DNA of 64,000 nucleotides from Oliverpabstia sp. (GTDB lineage Bacteria; Bacillota; Clostridia; Lachnospirales; Lachnospiraceae). This document shows positions 17,985 through 27,795 of the stretch, piece after piece; the first letter of the stretch is position 1; the number at the start of each line of letters is the position of its first letter. The position numbers and the translations under genes are program-made. Below the pieces are notes generated by a model. That model was not told where the DNA came from. It saw nothing but the letters and a program-made list of their open reading frames with translations, and made no database searches. The stretch lies in NCBI GenBank assembly GCA_034114925.1, contig JAXEUM010000084.1:49283-113282 (forward strand), read 5' to 3'.

Positions 17985-18689
17985 ATGGAACTATATCATA
18001 TTCTCGTTGTGGATGATGACCGGGAGATTGTCCGGTCACTGGCTAAGCTGTTGGAAGTGGAAGGATATCAGGTGTATAAGGCATATAACGGTATGGAAGC
18101 CTTGGATATTCTTATGGAGAGACAGGTACATCTGATTTTACTGGATGTGATGATGCCGAAACTAAACGGACTTTCTGCGTTGATGAAGATACGGGAGAAG
18201 AATAATATTCCGGTAATCATGCTTTCGGCGAAAACAGAGGAAAGTGATAAAGTATTAGGGTTGTCTATGGGAGCAGATGATTATGTGACCAAACCTTATA
18301 ATACGGCAGAATTGATGGCAAGAGTAAAATCTCAGCTTCGCCGTTATTTTTCTCTGGGTGCGGCAGCTACAGGAAAAGATGAAAATATCCTGAAAAACGG
18401 AGGTCTTACTCTCAACAAAAATACGAAGCTTCTGCAGGTGGATGGAGAGCCGGTGCGGTTGACAGCCACGGAGTACAAGATTGTGGAATTGCTTATGAGC
18501 CATCCGGGATATGTGTTTTCCGCAGAAGAAATCTATAGTCAGATCTGGCAGGAAGATGCTTATGGAGTGGAAAATACAGTGATGGTACATATCAGAAGGA
18601 TAAGGGAAAAGATTGAGATCACTCCCAAGAATCCAAAATATCTGAAGGTGGTGTGGGGAATTGGATACAAAATCGAAAAATTTGAATAA
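17985..18689 (+). CDS. OmpR/PhoB-family response regulator
   Basis: Receiver (ILVVDDDREIV, LILLDVMMPKLNG) plus winged-helix output (LTATEYKIVELLMSHPGYVFSAEEIY ... VWGIGYKIE). Confidence 0.9.
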   Translation: MELYHILVVDDDREIVRSLAKLLEVEGYQVYKAYNGMEALDILMERQVHLILLDVMMPKLNGLSALMKIREKNNIPVIMLSAKTEESDKVLGLSMGADDYVTKPYNTAELMARVKSQLRRYFSLGAAATGKDENILKNGGLTLNKNTKLLQVDGEPVRLTATEYKIVELLMSHPGYVFSAEEIYSQIWQEDAYGVENTVMVHIRRIREKIEITPKNPKYLKVVWGIGYKIEKFE

Positions 18690-20271
18690 GCAGGGATCCT
18701 GGATTTTTTTAGGAATCCTGTGGGTGGTTCTCTCTTTGGTGGCAACCTATACAAGAATCTCTTTTGTATATCAAAAGCTTGACTGGTACTGGGGAAAAAG
18801 GGGGAGAGTATTTTATAATGTCACTCTCTGGGTGAGCGTGGGAATTTTACTGGCAGGAATTCTTCTCCTTCTGATGCAGATTTTCCGTATGTACAAAATG
18901 GGAATTTTTACGGGCAGATGGAATATCGGTCCGCAAAAAAGAATGAAGATTGACGGAATCAAAACGGAAATTCTCATCCCTCTTATTTTTATCACAGGAT
19001 ATCTCTGGGTTGATGTGTGTGGCATCCGGGCGAGAGACGCGTATATCTGGGATGAATACTTTCTTGATTCGGTTTCATCCCTGCTTACATTTGGGGCAAA
19101 ATTTATTCTTCTGATTCTGGTGTTCTGGTTTTCCCTGTGGATTCTTCTGCGGCAGTGGAGAGGGAAACTGTTTGAAGAAACTTCTATTATATGGAAAGAA
19201 AGGAAACATTATCTGGAGAGGACTTCCCTGGAAAAGAGAATCCAGAATCAAAGAAAAGGTTCTATGATTCTGGCAGTGATTGTAAGCATCCTGATTACCT
19301 GGATGGGATTTTTATCCTTTGCCACGGGAAATGATTCTCCGGGGATTGCCAATATGGTTTTGGGAGTTTTATGCCTGGCGCTGTTCTTTAAAGTTTTTTT
19401 CCAGAGTCATCTGGGCAAAGAGACAGGAAAACTGGCAGCTCAGATTGGGTGTATTACCAGGGGAGAAAAGATAAGGGAAGAATATCTCCTGTCAGAGAAG
19501 GATATTCTCTATGAGTCTTCTCTGCAGCTTCAGAATATTGAAGAAGCTATGGAAAAAAGTATTCAGAAGCAGGTACAGGCAGAACGGTTAAAGATAGATT
19601 TGATTACCAATGTTTCTCACGATCTGAAAACTCCTCTGACTTCCATGCGGGGTTATACCGATCTTTTGAAAATGGAAGAACTCAGTGAGGAAGCCAGGGA
19701 TTACGTAGAAATTATTTCCATGAAGCAGGAACAGTTAAAAAACATGATTCAGGATTTGTTTGAACTGTCAAAAGTTACCAGTGGCGCTGAGCAGATGGTA
19801 ATGGAAAAACTGGATATGAGAAAATTACTGGAACAGACTATGGCGGATATGGAGGACGTCATTGAAAAGAGTGGGCAGATCATTCGTACCCGATTTTCAC
19901 AGGAGCAGCTTCTTTTTATGGGTGACAATGGAAAAATGTACCGGGTAGTACAAAATTTGTTGGGAAACGCTCTGAAATACTCCCTTTCAGGAACAAGGAT
20001 TTATTTGGAGGCAGAAAAAGAAGAGGGCAAAATCAAGATGTGTCTGAAAAATATTTCCTCCTATGAAATGGATTTTTCGCCGGAAGAAATCACAGAACGA
20101 TTTGTACGGGGAGATAAATCAAGAAGTACGGAAGGTCATGGTCTGGGATTGGCGATAGCGTCCAGTTTCGTTAAGAATATGGAGGGAAATCTCAAGGTGG
20201 AGATCGACGGAGATATGTTTAAAGTGTTTATGGAATTTCCGGAAGTAAAAGAACAGGCAGACAACGGGTGA
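18661..20271 (+). CDS. Intramembrane-sensing histidine kinase (about 6 TM, HisKA + HATPase)
   Basis: H-box ITNVSHDLKTPLTSM, N-box VVQNLLGNALKYS, G-boxes GHGLGLAIA. The N-terminal half is TM helices without a large loop. Start uncertain; the track ATG overlaps the RR gene by 29 nt. Confidence 0.85.
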   Translation: MDTKSKNLNKQGSWIFLGILWVVLSLVATYTRISFVYQKLDWYWGKRGRVFYNVTLWVSVGILLAGILLLLMQIFRMYKMGIFTGRWNIGPQKRMKIDGIKTEILIPLIFITGYLWVDVCGIRARDAYIWDEYFLDSVSSLLTFGAKFILLILVFWFSLWILLRQWRGKLFEETSIIWKERKHYLERTSLEKRIQNQRKGSMILAVIVSILITWMGFLSFATGNDSPGIANMVLGVLCLALFFKVFFQSHLGKETGKLAAQIGCITRGEKIREEYLLSEKDILYESSLQLQNIEEAMEKSIQKQVQAERLKIDLITNVSHDLKTPLTSMRGYTDLLKMEELSEEARDYVEIISMKQEQLKNMIQDLFELSKVTSGAEQMVMEKLDMRKLLEQTMADMEDVIEKSGQIIRTRFSQEQLLFMGDNGKMYRVVQNLLGNALKYSLSGTRIYLEAEKEEGKIKMCLKNISSYEMDFSPEEITERFVRGDKSRSTEGHGLGLAIASSFVKNMEGNLKVEIDGDMFKVFMEFPEVKEQADNG

Positions 20272-20294
20272 AGACGCAAAAGAGGTGTATAGTT

Positions 20295-21287
20295 ATGGAA
20301 AAAATTTCAATAGTAATTCCCTGTTATAATGAAGAAGAGGCAATTCCTGTATATTATGAAGAGATGAAAAAAATCATGCTTTTCATGAAACAGGTAAAAT
20401 TTGAACTGATATTTGTAGATGACGGTTCCCGGGATAAGACGTTAGAAGAATTGAGGAATCTTGCCAATAAAGATAAGAGGTGCTGTTACCTGTCTTTTTC
20501 CAGAAATTTTGGAAAAGAAGCGGCAATTTATGCAGGTCTTTCTCATGCAACGGGAGATTATGTGACTGTGATGGATGTGGATCTCCAAGATCCTCCGGCT
20601 CTGATTCCCAAGATGTATGGACTTTTGAGTAAGAATGATTGTGACTGTGTGGCAACCCGCAGGGCAGACAGAGAAGGAGAACCCAGATTCCGGTCTTTTT
20701 TGTCGTCAAACTTTTATAAAATCATCAATAAAATTTCTGATACAGAGATTGTGGAGGGAGCCAGAGATTACCGGATGATGAAGCGGAAAATGGTAGATGC
20801 GGTTCTTTCTATGAGTGAATACAACAGGTTTTCCAAAGGGATTTTTCAGTGGGTAGGATTTTCCACTGTCTGGCTGGAATTTAAAAATACCCAGAGATGT
20901 GCGGGAGAAACCAAGTGGTCGCTGAGAAAATTATTTAAGTATTCTCTGGAGGGGATTATGGGATTTTCGGTAGCTCCTCTGTCTTTGGCCTCTATAGCAG
21001 GAATATTATTTTGCGTTATTTCGTTTCTCATGGTTGTGGTGATAGCAGCGAGAACTTTGATTTTCGGAGATCCGGTGGCAGGCTGGACTTCTCTGGTGTG
21101 TATTGTATTTTTGGTGGGAGGCGTACAGCTTTTTTGTACCGGAATTTTAGGTCAATATTTATCAAAAACCTATCTGGAGACGAAACGCAGACCGATCTAC
21201 ATAGTAAAAGAATCCAGTGGGGAAAAAGAGAAGGCAGAAAAGAAACTATGTGGAGAAACGCGTTATGAAAAAGTTGTGGAAAGATAA
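20295..21287 (+). CDS. GT2 polyprenyl-phosphate glycosyltransferase (GtrB/CsbB/ArnC-like)
   Basis: ISIVIPCYNEEEAI, FVDDGSRDKT, DVDLQDPP, and two C-terminal TM helices. Start moved to ATG 20295 (SD AAGAGG). Confidence 0.9.
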   Translation: MEKISIVIPCYNEEEAIPVYYEEMKKIMLFMKQVKFELIFVDDGSRDKTLEELRNLANKDKRCCYLSFSRNFGKEAAIYAGLSHATGDYVTVMDVDLQDPPALIPKMYGLLSKNDCDCVATRRADREGEPRFRSFLSSNFYKIINKISDTEIVEGARDYRMMKRKMVDAVLSMSEYNRFSKGIFQWVGFSTVWLEFKNTQRCAGETKWSLRKLFKYSLEGIMGFSVAPLSLASIAGILFCVISFLMVVVIAARTLIFGDPVAGWTSLVCIVFLVGGVQLFCTGILGQYLSKTYLETKRRPIYIVKESSGEKEKAEKKLCGETRYEKVVER

Positions 21288-23826
21288 AAATGCATGGCTG
21301 CTGTTTGGGGGAAGTATATTTTTGTGCTGGCTGTTTGTGGGACAGTATGGGATTTTTGGATCCCGGGTAGACTGGCTGAGTCAGCACAGTGTATTTCCGG
21401 ACTATTTTCGCCAGAGATTTTATGAGACAGGAAGTTTATTTCCGGATATGGCATGGAATCTGGGCGGCGGACAGAATATATATAATCTGTCTTATTACGG
21501 TCTGTATAATCCGGTAATTCTATTTTCCTATCTGCTGCCCTTTGTAAAAATGGATATATACATGATGGGAAGCAGTATGGTCTGTTATGGAATTTCAGTG
21601 GCGCTTTTTTATGGATGGCTGTCTTCTCGCAAAGAATTTTCCCGGGAAATTACCTGGTGGATTTCCTGTATGTTTGGTCTGGCGACGCCGTTTATTTATC
21701 ATTTTTATAATCAGTTAATGTTTGTAAATTATATGCCGTTTCTTTTGCTGGCTTTCTGGGGAACAGATCGGTATTTTCTGGAAAAGAAAAGAGGAGTTTT
21801 GCTTGTGGGAGTGGTGGGAATGATTCTCACCAGCTTTTATTTCAGTATAGGCGGTCTGGCAGCTCTGGGAATTTATGCATTGAGTGAGTATTTACTTGTT
21901 TCCTGGAAGGATTTCTGGAAAAATGGGATGAGATATGTGGGAAATTTGCTTTTGGGCGTACTTCTCTGTGGCGGTTTGTTACTTCCCACGGCGTTGGCGA
22001 TCAGTTCCGGAAGAGGGCAAATGGCTTCGGCGGGGAGTGAGCTTTCTTTTATAGATTTTGTCCCTATGCGGTTTCTATACAGTCCCTATGGAATCGGGTT
22101 ATCTGTTTTAGCGCTAGTGGCTCTTTTGGGAGGGGTTCTGAAAAAATCTTCCTGGAGAAAAAAGGTACTTCCCGGGATACTGCTTTTTATCTTGAACGTG
22201 TCTCTGTTTTGTTTTTTGCTGAATGGGGGACTTTATGATAAAAATAAAGTTTTCATTCCGTTTCTTCCTCTGATTTGTCTGGAAACGGCAAGGTATATAA
22301 AAAATACGCTTTGTGAGATTGCCGATAAGAGCAGGAGAAATATTTTTCGGGAAATATTACCATTTTTGATCTTGCTGATTCTATTTTATCTGGAAAGAAA
22401 TAGCGGACAGTTTAGGAAATACTGGTTGGGAGCTGTTATGGATGTGGTTCTTATGCTGTTGCTTTTCGGAATGCAAAGAAGGTTTCATGCATTTCGCATT
22501 CCCTGGCCGGTGGTGGGAAGTTGTGTGATTTTATTTTTCTGTGGTTGGGGAATCAGTAAACAGAGTCATTATATTTTAGGAAAAGAAGAATACAAAGAAC
22601 TGGTCAGTCAGGAAAAAGCGGAAGAAATTGAGCAGATTTTGGCGGAAGATTCTCAGTGGTATCGGTTGGATCAGGTGGGAAATGGAAAAGAAAATCAGGC
22701 TGCGCTAAACCGGATTTTCGGGAAAAGGCAACAGATTACTTCTCTGTATTCTTCTGCATTGAATCCCGATTACTGGAAGTTTCGCAATGAAATATTTTTG
22801 TTGAACCGTCCTTTTCGCAATTATCTGATGCAGTCTCAGACAGATAATCCCTGTTTTTTGCAGTTTATGGGGGTGAGGTATCTGATTTCTTCCTGGAAAC
22901 CTGCCGGATATGAGATGGTAAAAAACAAGGGCGAATATCAGCTTTATAAAAATGATCTGGCGGCGCCTTTAATGTATACCACAAATCAGGTGATGGGAGA
23001 AAAAGAGTATCAGAATCTGGAATTTCCTTCGAATCAGACGGCGTTGCTGTCTCGTGCAGTAGTTTCGCTGGAAGAAGAAGCACAGACAGAGATTCAAGAG
23101 ATGGAAAAATGTGAAATTACTCTTCCGGAAGAATGGACGGAAAATCTGGTAATAGAAAAAACAGAGGATGGGTATGAAATTACAGTAAAGAAAGAAACAC
23201 CAGTGAAGGCTCGGCTTTTGGGGAAGGGGCAGAAAGGGGAGTTACTGGCGCTGCAGTTTCAAGTGGAAAATTTGCAGCCTACAAAGGATATGTATATCCG
23301 TTTGTTAAACCAAACCAATCGCCTTTCCGATGCAACTTATGAATATGCCAATCACAATACGGTATTTCGGTATATGGTCACATTGGAGGAAGAAAATCAG
23401 GTGACCATGCAACTGGGACCGGGGCATTACAAAATTCGTCAGCTTCAGGCATTTTGCGGGAAATTAGAAGAACTGAAAGATGAAAAATTGTATCAAAATG
23501 TTTTCGAGGCAGAGGAGAGCGGCCCCACAGGAGATGTGGTGAGAGGTTCTATTCTGGCAAATCAGGATGGCTATCTGATTACCAGCATTCCCTATGACGA
23601 AAACTTCACTCTGAAAATTGACGGAGAAGAAACCAGGATCCAGAAAGTAAATACCGCCTTTATAGGGGCAAAAATTAAGAAAGGAGAACATCAAATCGAA
23701 CTTTCTTATGAGGCGCCCGGGAAAAGGGCAGGACTGGGGATAAGTTTGACGGGAATACTTCTGGCAGGAATCGGCAAAGTGAGGGAAAAGAGGAGGTCAA
23801 ACCGGGGGATGGGGATAAATGAGTGA
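21265..23826 (+). CDS. yfhO: YfhO-family membrane glycosyltransferase
   Basis: Approximately 850-aa protein: polytopic N-terminal two thirds plus an extracytoplasmic C-terminal domain and a final TM. N-terminus MKKLWKDKNAWLLFGGSIFL...VDWLSQH is YfhO-like. Overlaps the GT2 gene by 23 nt. Confidence 0.8.
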   Translation: MKKLWKDKNAWLLFGGSIFLCWLFVGQYGIFGSRVDWLSQHSVFPDYFRQRFYETGSLFPDMAWNLGGGQNIYNLSYYGLYNPVILFSYLLPFVKMDIYMMGSSMVCYGISVALFYGWLSSRKEFSREITWWISCMFGLATPFIYHFYNQLMFVNYMPFLLLAFWGTDRYFLEKKRGVLLVGVVGMILTSFYFSIGGLAALGIYALSEYLLVSWKDFWKNGMRYVGNLLLGVLLCGGLLLPTALAISSGRGQMASAGSELSFIDFVPMRFLYSPYGIGLSVLALVALLGGVLKKSSWRKKVLPGILLFILNVSLFCFLLNGGLYDKNKVFIPFLPLICLETARYIKNTLCEIADKSRRNIFREILPFLILLILFYLERNSGQFRKYWLGAVMDVVLMLLLFGMQRRFHAFRIPWPVVGSCVILFFCGWGISKQSHYILGKEEYKELVSQEKAEEIEQILAEDSQWYRLDQVGNGKENQAALNRIFGKRQQITSLYSSALNPDYWKFRNEIFLLNRPFRNYLMQSQTDNPCFLQFMGVRYLISSWKPAGYEMVKNKGEYQLYKNDLAAPLMYTTNQVMGEKEYQNLEFPSNQTALLSRAVVSLEEEAQTEIQEMEKCEITLPEEWTENLVIEKTEDGYEITVKKETPVKARLLGKGQKGELLALQFQVENLQPTKDMYIRLLNQTNRLSDATYEYANHNTVFRYMVTLEEENQVTMQLGPGHYKIRQLQAFCGKLEELKDEKLYQNVFEAEESGPTGDVVRGSILANQDGYLITSIPYDENFTLKIDGEETRIQKVNTAFIGAKIKKGEHQIELSYEAPGKRAGLGISLTGILLAGIGKVREKRRSNRGMGINE

Positions 23827-24046
23827 AATGACACGCCATATTGCCTGTAAAATATGAGGAAAAACTTTTTGGAAAAATATCCCGTACAGTGGCTTGTGGA
23901 AATATCAGAAAAAGTATAGGATAGTAGCTGTGAAAGATACTTTTAAATGATGTCAGTACTTTTTGTATCCTCCACAACAAAAACAAAAAGTAGCCCAAAA
24001 GTATCGTGGGAAAATCCCCATAAAAATCCTTAAGTTTGTAACAAAA

Positions 24047-24105
24047 GAAATTGCGGAATTGTCAGATAGGATATGCTTGTCTGTCGGTTCCGCAGTTTCT
24101 TTTTG
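24047..24105 (+). terminator. Rho-independent terminator about 220 nt downstream of yfhO
   Basis: GAAATTGCGGAA (24047-24058) pairs with TTCCGCAGTTTC (24088-24099), 12 bp with one G-U, followed by TTTTTG. Confidence 0.6.
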
Positions 24106-24159
24106 ATTCCAAAAGATCCTTCAGCGATAAAAAGTGAAATTTATAACCCCCCGGGTGGC

Positions 24160-24188
24160 TTGTGGAGAGTAAAAAGTTAAGATATACT
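24160..24188 (+). promoter_or_regulatory. Sigma-A-like promoter of the Opp/Nik-type ABC operon
   Basis: TTGTGG (24160-24165), 17 nt, TATACT (24183-24188). Confidence 0.5.
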
Positions 24189-24220
24189 GAGGCAAGAGTG
24201 ATCAAGGAGGAACGAAAGAA

Positions 24221-25903
24221 ATGAAAAGAAGAGTAATCAGCATTTTATGTGCCGCAGTATTGTCCTGTTCTGTGTTGGCAGGATGTGGAGCTTCTGCTAA
24301 AGAAACGACACAAAAGGAAACCAGCCAGAGCGATCATCAATCTGTTGAGGAAAATAAGGAAACAGAAGAGAGTTCATCTTCAGATGAAAAAGAGAATGAA
24401 AATAAAGAGGAAGTAGTAGTGACCATGCCGCCATCTTCTGAACCGGAATCCGGTTTTGATCCGGCTTTTGGATGGGGAGCAGGTGAGCATGTGCATGAGC
24501 CGCTGATTCAGAGTACCCTGACTGTAACTACAGAAGAGTTGAAGATTGACAAAGATCTGGCTACAGATTACAGTGTCAGTGAAGACGGACTTACCTGGAC
24601 AGTAAAGATTCGTGATGATGCAAAATTTACGGACGGGGAACCGGTAACTGCTCAGGATGTGGCATTTACTTATAATAATTGTAAAGAAAAAAGTACAGTC
24701 AATGATTTTACTATGTTGGACAAAGCGGTGGCAGTAGATGATACCACTGTAGAGTTTCAGATGACAAAACCATTTTCTATCTGGCCGTATACCATGGCTA
24801 TCGTAGGTATTGTGCCGGAACACGCTTATGATGAAAATTATGGGAAAAATCCTGTTGGTTCCGGAAGATATATTATGAAACAGTGGGATCAGGGGCAGCA
24901 GGTGATTTTTGAGGCAAATTCGGATTATTATGGAGAAGCGCCGAAGATTAAAAAAGTAACTGTTTTATTTATGGAAGAGGATGCAGCGCTGGCAGCAGCT
25001 ATGGCAGGGCAGGTGGATGTGGCTCATACGGCGGCCTCTTACAGCGATCAGCAGATAGAAGGCTACGGTCTGATGAATGTACAGACAGTAGACAACAGAG
25101 GATTTAATCTTCCCTGCAGCGAACCGGAAGAAAAAGATGGTATTACTTATGGAAATGCATTTACTTCTGATGTAAATGTACGTCGGGCGATCAACATTGG
25201 AATTGACAGAGATGAACTGATTGAAAATGTTTTGAATGGATATGGAACAAAAGCATATAGTGTATGCGACAAAATGCCCTGGTACAATGAAGTATGTGAA
25301 GTGGAATACAATCAGGAAGAAGCTGTAAAATTACTGGAAGATGCCGGATGGAAAGAAGGAAAAGATGGAATCCGTGAGAAAGATGGTGTGAAAGCAGAAT
25401 TAAATCTGATGTTTTCCAATGGAGATTCAGTTCGTCAGGCGATAGCAGAAGATGTGGCAAATCAGCTTCGTGAGCTGGGAATTCAGGTAACTACCGAAGG
25501 AGTAGGCTGGGATGTGGCTTATGATAATGCTCAGTCAGAACCGCTTATATGGGGATGGGGCGCTCATACTCCTATGGAACTGTATAACATTTACCATACC
25601 TCACCGGATACAGGTGTGGGACAGGCAGAATTTTCTCCTTATGCCAATGAAAAAGTAGATGCTTATATGGACCAGGCGCTGGAAGTTTCCAATCTGGAAG
25701 AATCTTATGAACTGTGGCAAAAAGCACAGTGGGACGGAGAAACGGGAATTACTCAGGAAGGAGATATTCCCTGGATTTGGCTTTGCAATGTGGATCATCT
25801 GTATTTTGTAAGAGAGGGACTTGAGGTTGCAGAACAAAAGATTCATCCTCATGGTCATGGATGGTCTATTGTGAATAATGTAGACCAGTGGTTCTGGAAC
25901 TGA
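24221..25903 (+). CDS. ABC transporter substrate-binding lipoprotein, family 5 (peptide/nickel/opine type)
   Basis: Lipobox LSCSVLAGC|G, a long acidic S/E-rich linker, then an SBP_bac_5-like body (approximately 560 aa). Confidence 0.8.
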   Translation: MKRRVISILCAAVLSCSVLAGCGASAKETTQKETSQSDHQSVEENKETEESSSSDEKENENKEEVVVTMPPSSEPESGFDPAFGWGAGEHVHEPLIQSTLTVTTEELKIDKDLATDYSVSEDGLTWTVKIRDDAKFTDGEPVTAQDVAFTYNNCKEKSTVNDFTMLDKAVAVDDTTVEFQMTKPFSIWPYTMAIVGIVPEHAYDENYGKNPVGSGRYIMKQWDQGQQVIFEANSDYYGEAPKIKKVTVLFMEEDAALAAAMAGQVDVAHTAASYSDQQIEGYGLMNVQTVDNRGFNLPCSEPEEKDGITYGNAFTSDVNVRRAINIGIDRDELIENVLNGYGTKAYSVCDKMPWYNEVCEVEYNQEEAVKLLEDAGWKEGKDGIREKDGVKAELNLMFSNGDSVRQAIAEDVANQLRELGIQVTTEGVGWDVAYDNAQSEPLIWGWGAHTPMELYNIYHTSPDTGVGQAEFSPYANEKVDAYMDQALEVSNLEESYELWQKAQWDGETGITQEGDIPWIWLCNVDHLYFVREGLEVAEQKIHPHGHGWSIVNNVDQWFWN

Positions 25904-25911
25904 GAAATAAA

Positions 25912-25935
25912 AAGAGGCTGTTGCGGCAGCCTCTT
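25912..25935 (+). other. Stem-loop after the SBP gene (no T-run)
   Basis: AAGAGGCTG ttgcgg CAGCCTCTT followed by AAAG. Likely an mRNA stabiliser rather than a full terminator. Confidence 0.5.
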
Positions 25936-25963
25936 AAAGTGCGTTTGGGAGGAATAAATTTTT

Positions 25964-26953
25964 ATGAAAAAATGGACCATTTACATGGGAAAACAGTGTA
26001 TCCGAATGCTTTTTCTTGTGATGGCAGTGAGCATTGTTACCTTCTGGCTGATGAAAGCTTCCCCCATTGATCCGCTGCAGGCAAATGTGGGACAGGCGGC
26101 GCTGGGAAGTCTCAGCAGTGAACAGGTTGAGAAACTGGAAGAATACTGGGGGGTAAATACACCGCCGCTGCAGCAATATCTGGCATGGGCAAAAGATTTT
26201 GTAAGAGGAAATATGGGAACTTCTCTTTTGTATCGTCAGCCGGTAACAGAAGTTATAGGAGTAAAATTATCAAATTCTCTTTTTCTAATGATTGCAGCCT
26301 GGATTTTGTCGGGGATTCTGGGAGTGACTTTGGGAATTATTTCCGGTATGAACAGAGGAAGATGGGTGGATAAAGGGATAAAGGGTTACTGCCTTTTGAT
26401 TTCCAGTACCCCCACGTTCTGGCTGGCGCTTTTATTACTAATGATTTTTGGTGTGTGGCTGAAGGTTCTTCCCATTGGACTGAGTGTACCGATAGGTGTG
26501 GAAGCGGCTGGGGTGACATTTTTGGATCGGTTACGTCATGCCATTTTGCCGGCTCTGACCTTAAGTATTACGGGAGTTTCTAATATTGCTCTTCATACAA
26601 GAGAGAAAATGATTGATATTATGGAAAGTGATTATGTTCTTTTTGCGAGAGCCAGAGGAGTGAATGGGTGGAAATTATTTTGGCAGCATGGTTTGAGAAA
26701 TGTGCTGCTTCCGGTAATTACTCTTCAGTTTGCTTCTATTTCTGAGATATTTGGCGGTTCCGTACTGGTAGAACAGGTTTTTTCTTATCCGGGACTGGGG
26801 CAGGCAGCCGTGGCAGCAGGTCTTGGAAGCGATATGCCGCTTTTGATGGCGATTACTATTGTCAGTGCATTGTTTGTTTTTGGAGGAAATCTGGTGGCTA
26901 ATCTCCTGTATGGTGTGGTGGATCCCAGAATCAGAAGAGGAGGAGAGAAGTAA
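25964..26953 (+). CDS. ABC permease (DppB/OppB/NikB-like)
   Basis: 329 aa, six TM, BPD_transp_1 with the N-terminal OppB-type helix. Shares one nucleotide with the start codon of the next permease gene (TAATG). Confidence 0.85.
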   Translation: MKKWTIYMGKQCIRMLFLVMAVSIVTFWLMKASPIDPLQANVGQAALGSLSSEQVEKLEEYWGVNTPPLQQYLAWAKDFVRGNMGTSLLYRQPVTEVIGVKLSNSLFLMIAAWILSGILGVTLGIISGMNRGRWVDKGIKGYCLLISSTPTFWLALLLLMIFGVWLKVLPIGLSVPIGVEAAGVTFLDRLRHAILPALTLSITGVSNIALHTREKMIDIMESDYVLFARARGVNGWKLFWQHGLRNVLLPVITLQFASISEIFGGSVLVEQVFSYPGLGQAAVAAGLGSDMPLLMAITIVSALFVFGGNLVANLLYGVVDPRIRRGGEK

Positions 26954-27786
26954 TGAGACAAAAAAATACAGGAAACCGGAGACAGCGGGTAATCATAGGA
27001 TTGTTTCTTTCTCTTTTGTTTTTGATGGGAGTGTGTATTGCCGGGAGTTTATGTACAGAGGCGGCAAAGGTGACAGATTTTTCCAGAAAAAATGTGATGC
27101 CGGGATGGCCTTACCTGTTTGGAACAGACTGGCTGGGACGGGATATGCTGGTGAGAACATTAAAGGGAATGTCCCTGAGTATTTTTATAGGAATCGTGTC
27201 TGCGGGGATCAGTGCAGTGATCGCATTGATATTGGGGATATCTTCTGCAGTTTTTGGAAAAAAGGTGGATAGTGTGATCACCTGGCTGATTGATCTGATT
27301 ATGGGAATCCCTCACATACTTCTTTTGATTTTGATTTCTGTGGCAGTGGGAAAAGGTGTGAAGGGTGTGGTGATTGGTGTGGCTCTTACCCACTGGCCTT
27401 CTCTTGCCCGTCTGATTCGGGCAGAAGTACTTCAGCTGAAAGAAAGTCCTTATATTCAGATAGCGGAGAAATTGGGGAAAAGTAAATGGTATATTGCCAA
27501 AACTCATATACTTCCCCAATTGCTTCCTCAGTTTATTGTAGGATTGGTTTTGATTTTTCCCCATGCCATTTTACATGAATCCTCTGTTACTTTTCTGGGA
27601 TTTGGACTTTCCAGTGACCAGCCGGCGATAGGAATTATCCTGTCAGAAGCTATGAAATATCTGGTGACGGGAAAATGGTGGCTGGCAGTATTTCCGGGTC
27701 TGTTTCTGGTGGCGACTGTGATATTATTTTACGTGTTGGGAGAAGGTATCCGAAAACTTATGGATCCTTCCAGCGTACATGAGTAG
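26953..27786 (+). CDS. ABC permease (DppC/OppC/NikC-like)
   Basis: 277 aa with an N-terminal TM and the motif GTDWLGRDMLVRTLKG typical of OppC/DppC. Confidence 0.85.
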   Translation: MRQKNTGNRRQRVIIGLFLSLLFLMGVCIAGSLCTEAAKVTDFSRKNVMPGWPYLFGTDWLGRDMLVRTLKGMSLSIFIGIVSAGISAVIALILGISSAVFGKKVDSVITWLIDLIMGIPHILLLILISVAVGKGVKGVVIGVALTHWPSLARLIRAEVLQLKESPYIQIAEKLGKSKWYIAKTHILPQLLPQFIVGLVLIFPHAILHESSVTFLGFGLSSDQPAIGIILSEAMKYLVTGKWWLAVFPGLFLVATVILFYVLGEGIRKLMDPSSVHE

Positions 27787-27795
27787 GAGAGTGGA

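Noticed and set aside
21217-21264. An upstream K/R-rich extension of the YfhO ORF (MGKKRRQKRNYVEKRV). Similar 5' extensions appear in track ORFs at 6780, 10072, 11771, 20268, 29394, 33172, 35448, 37119, 44989 and 57154.
   Set aside because: Internal ATGs with proper SD spacing and native-looking N-termini (signal peptides, conserved first motifs) are better starts. The extensions overlap upstream genes, terminators or riboswitch sequence.
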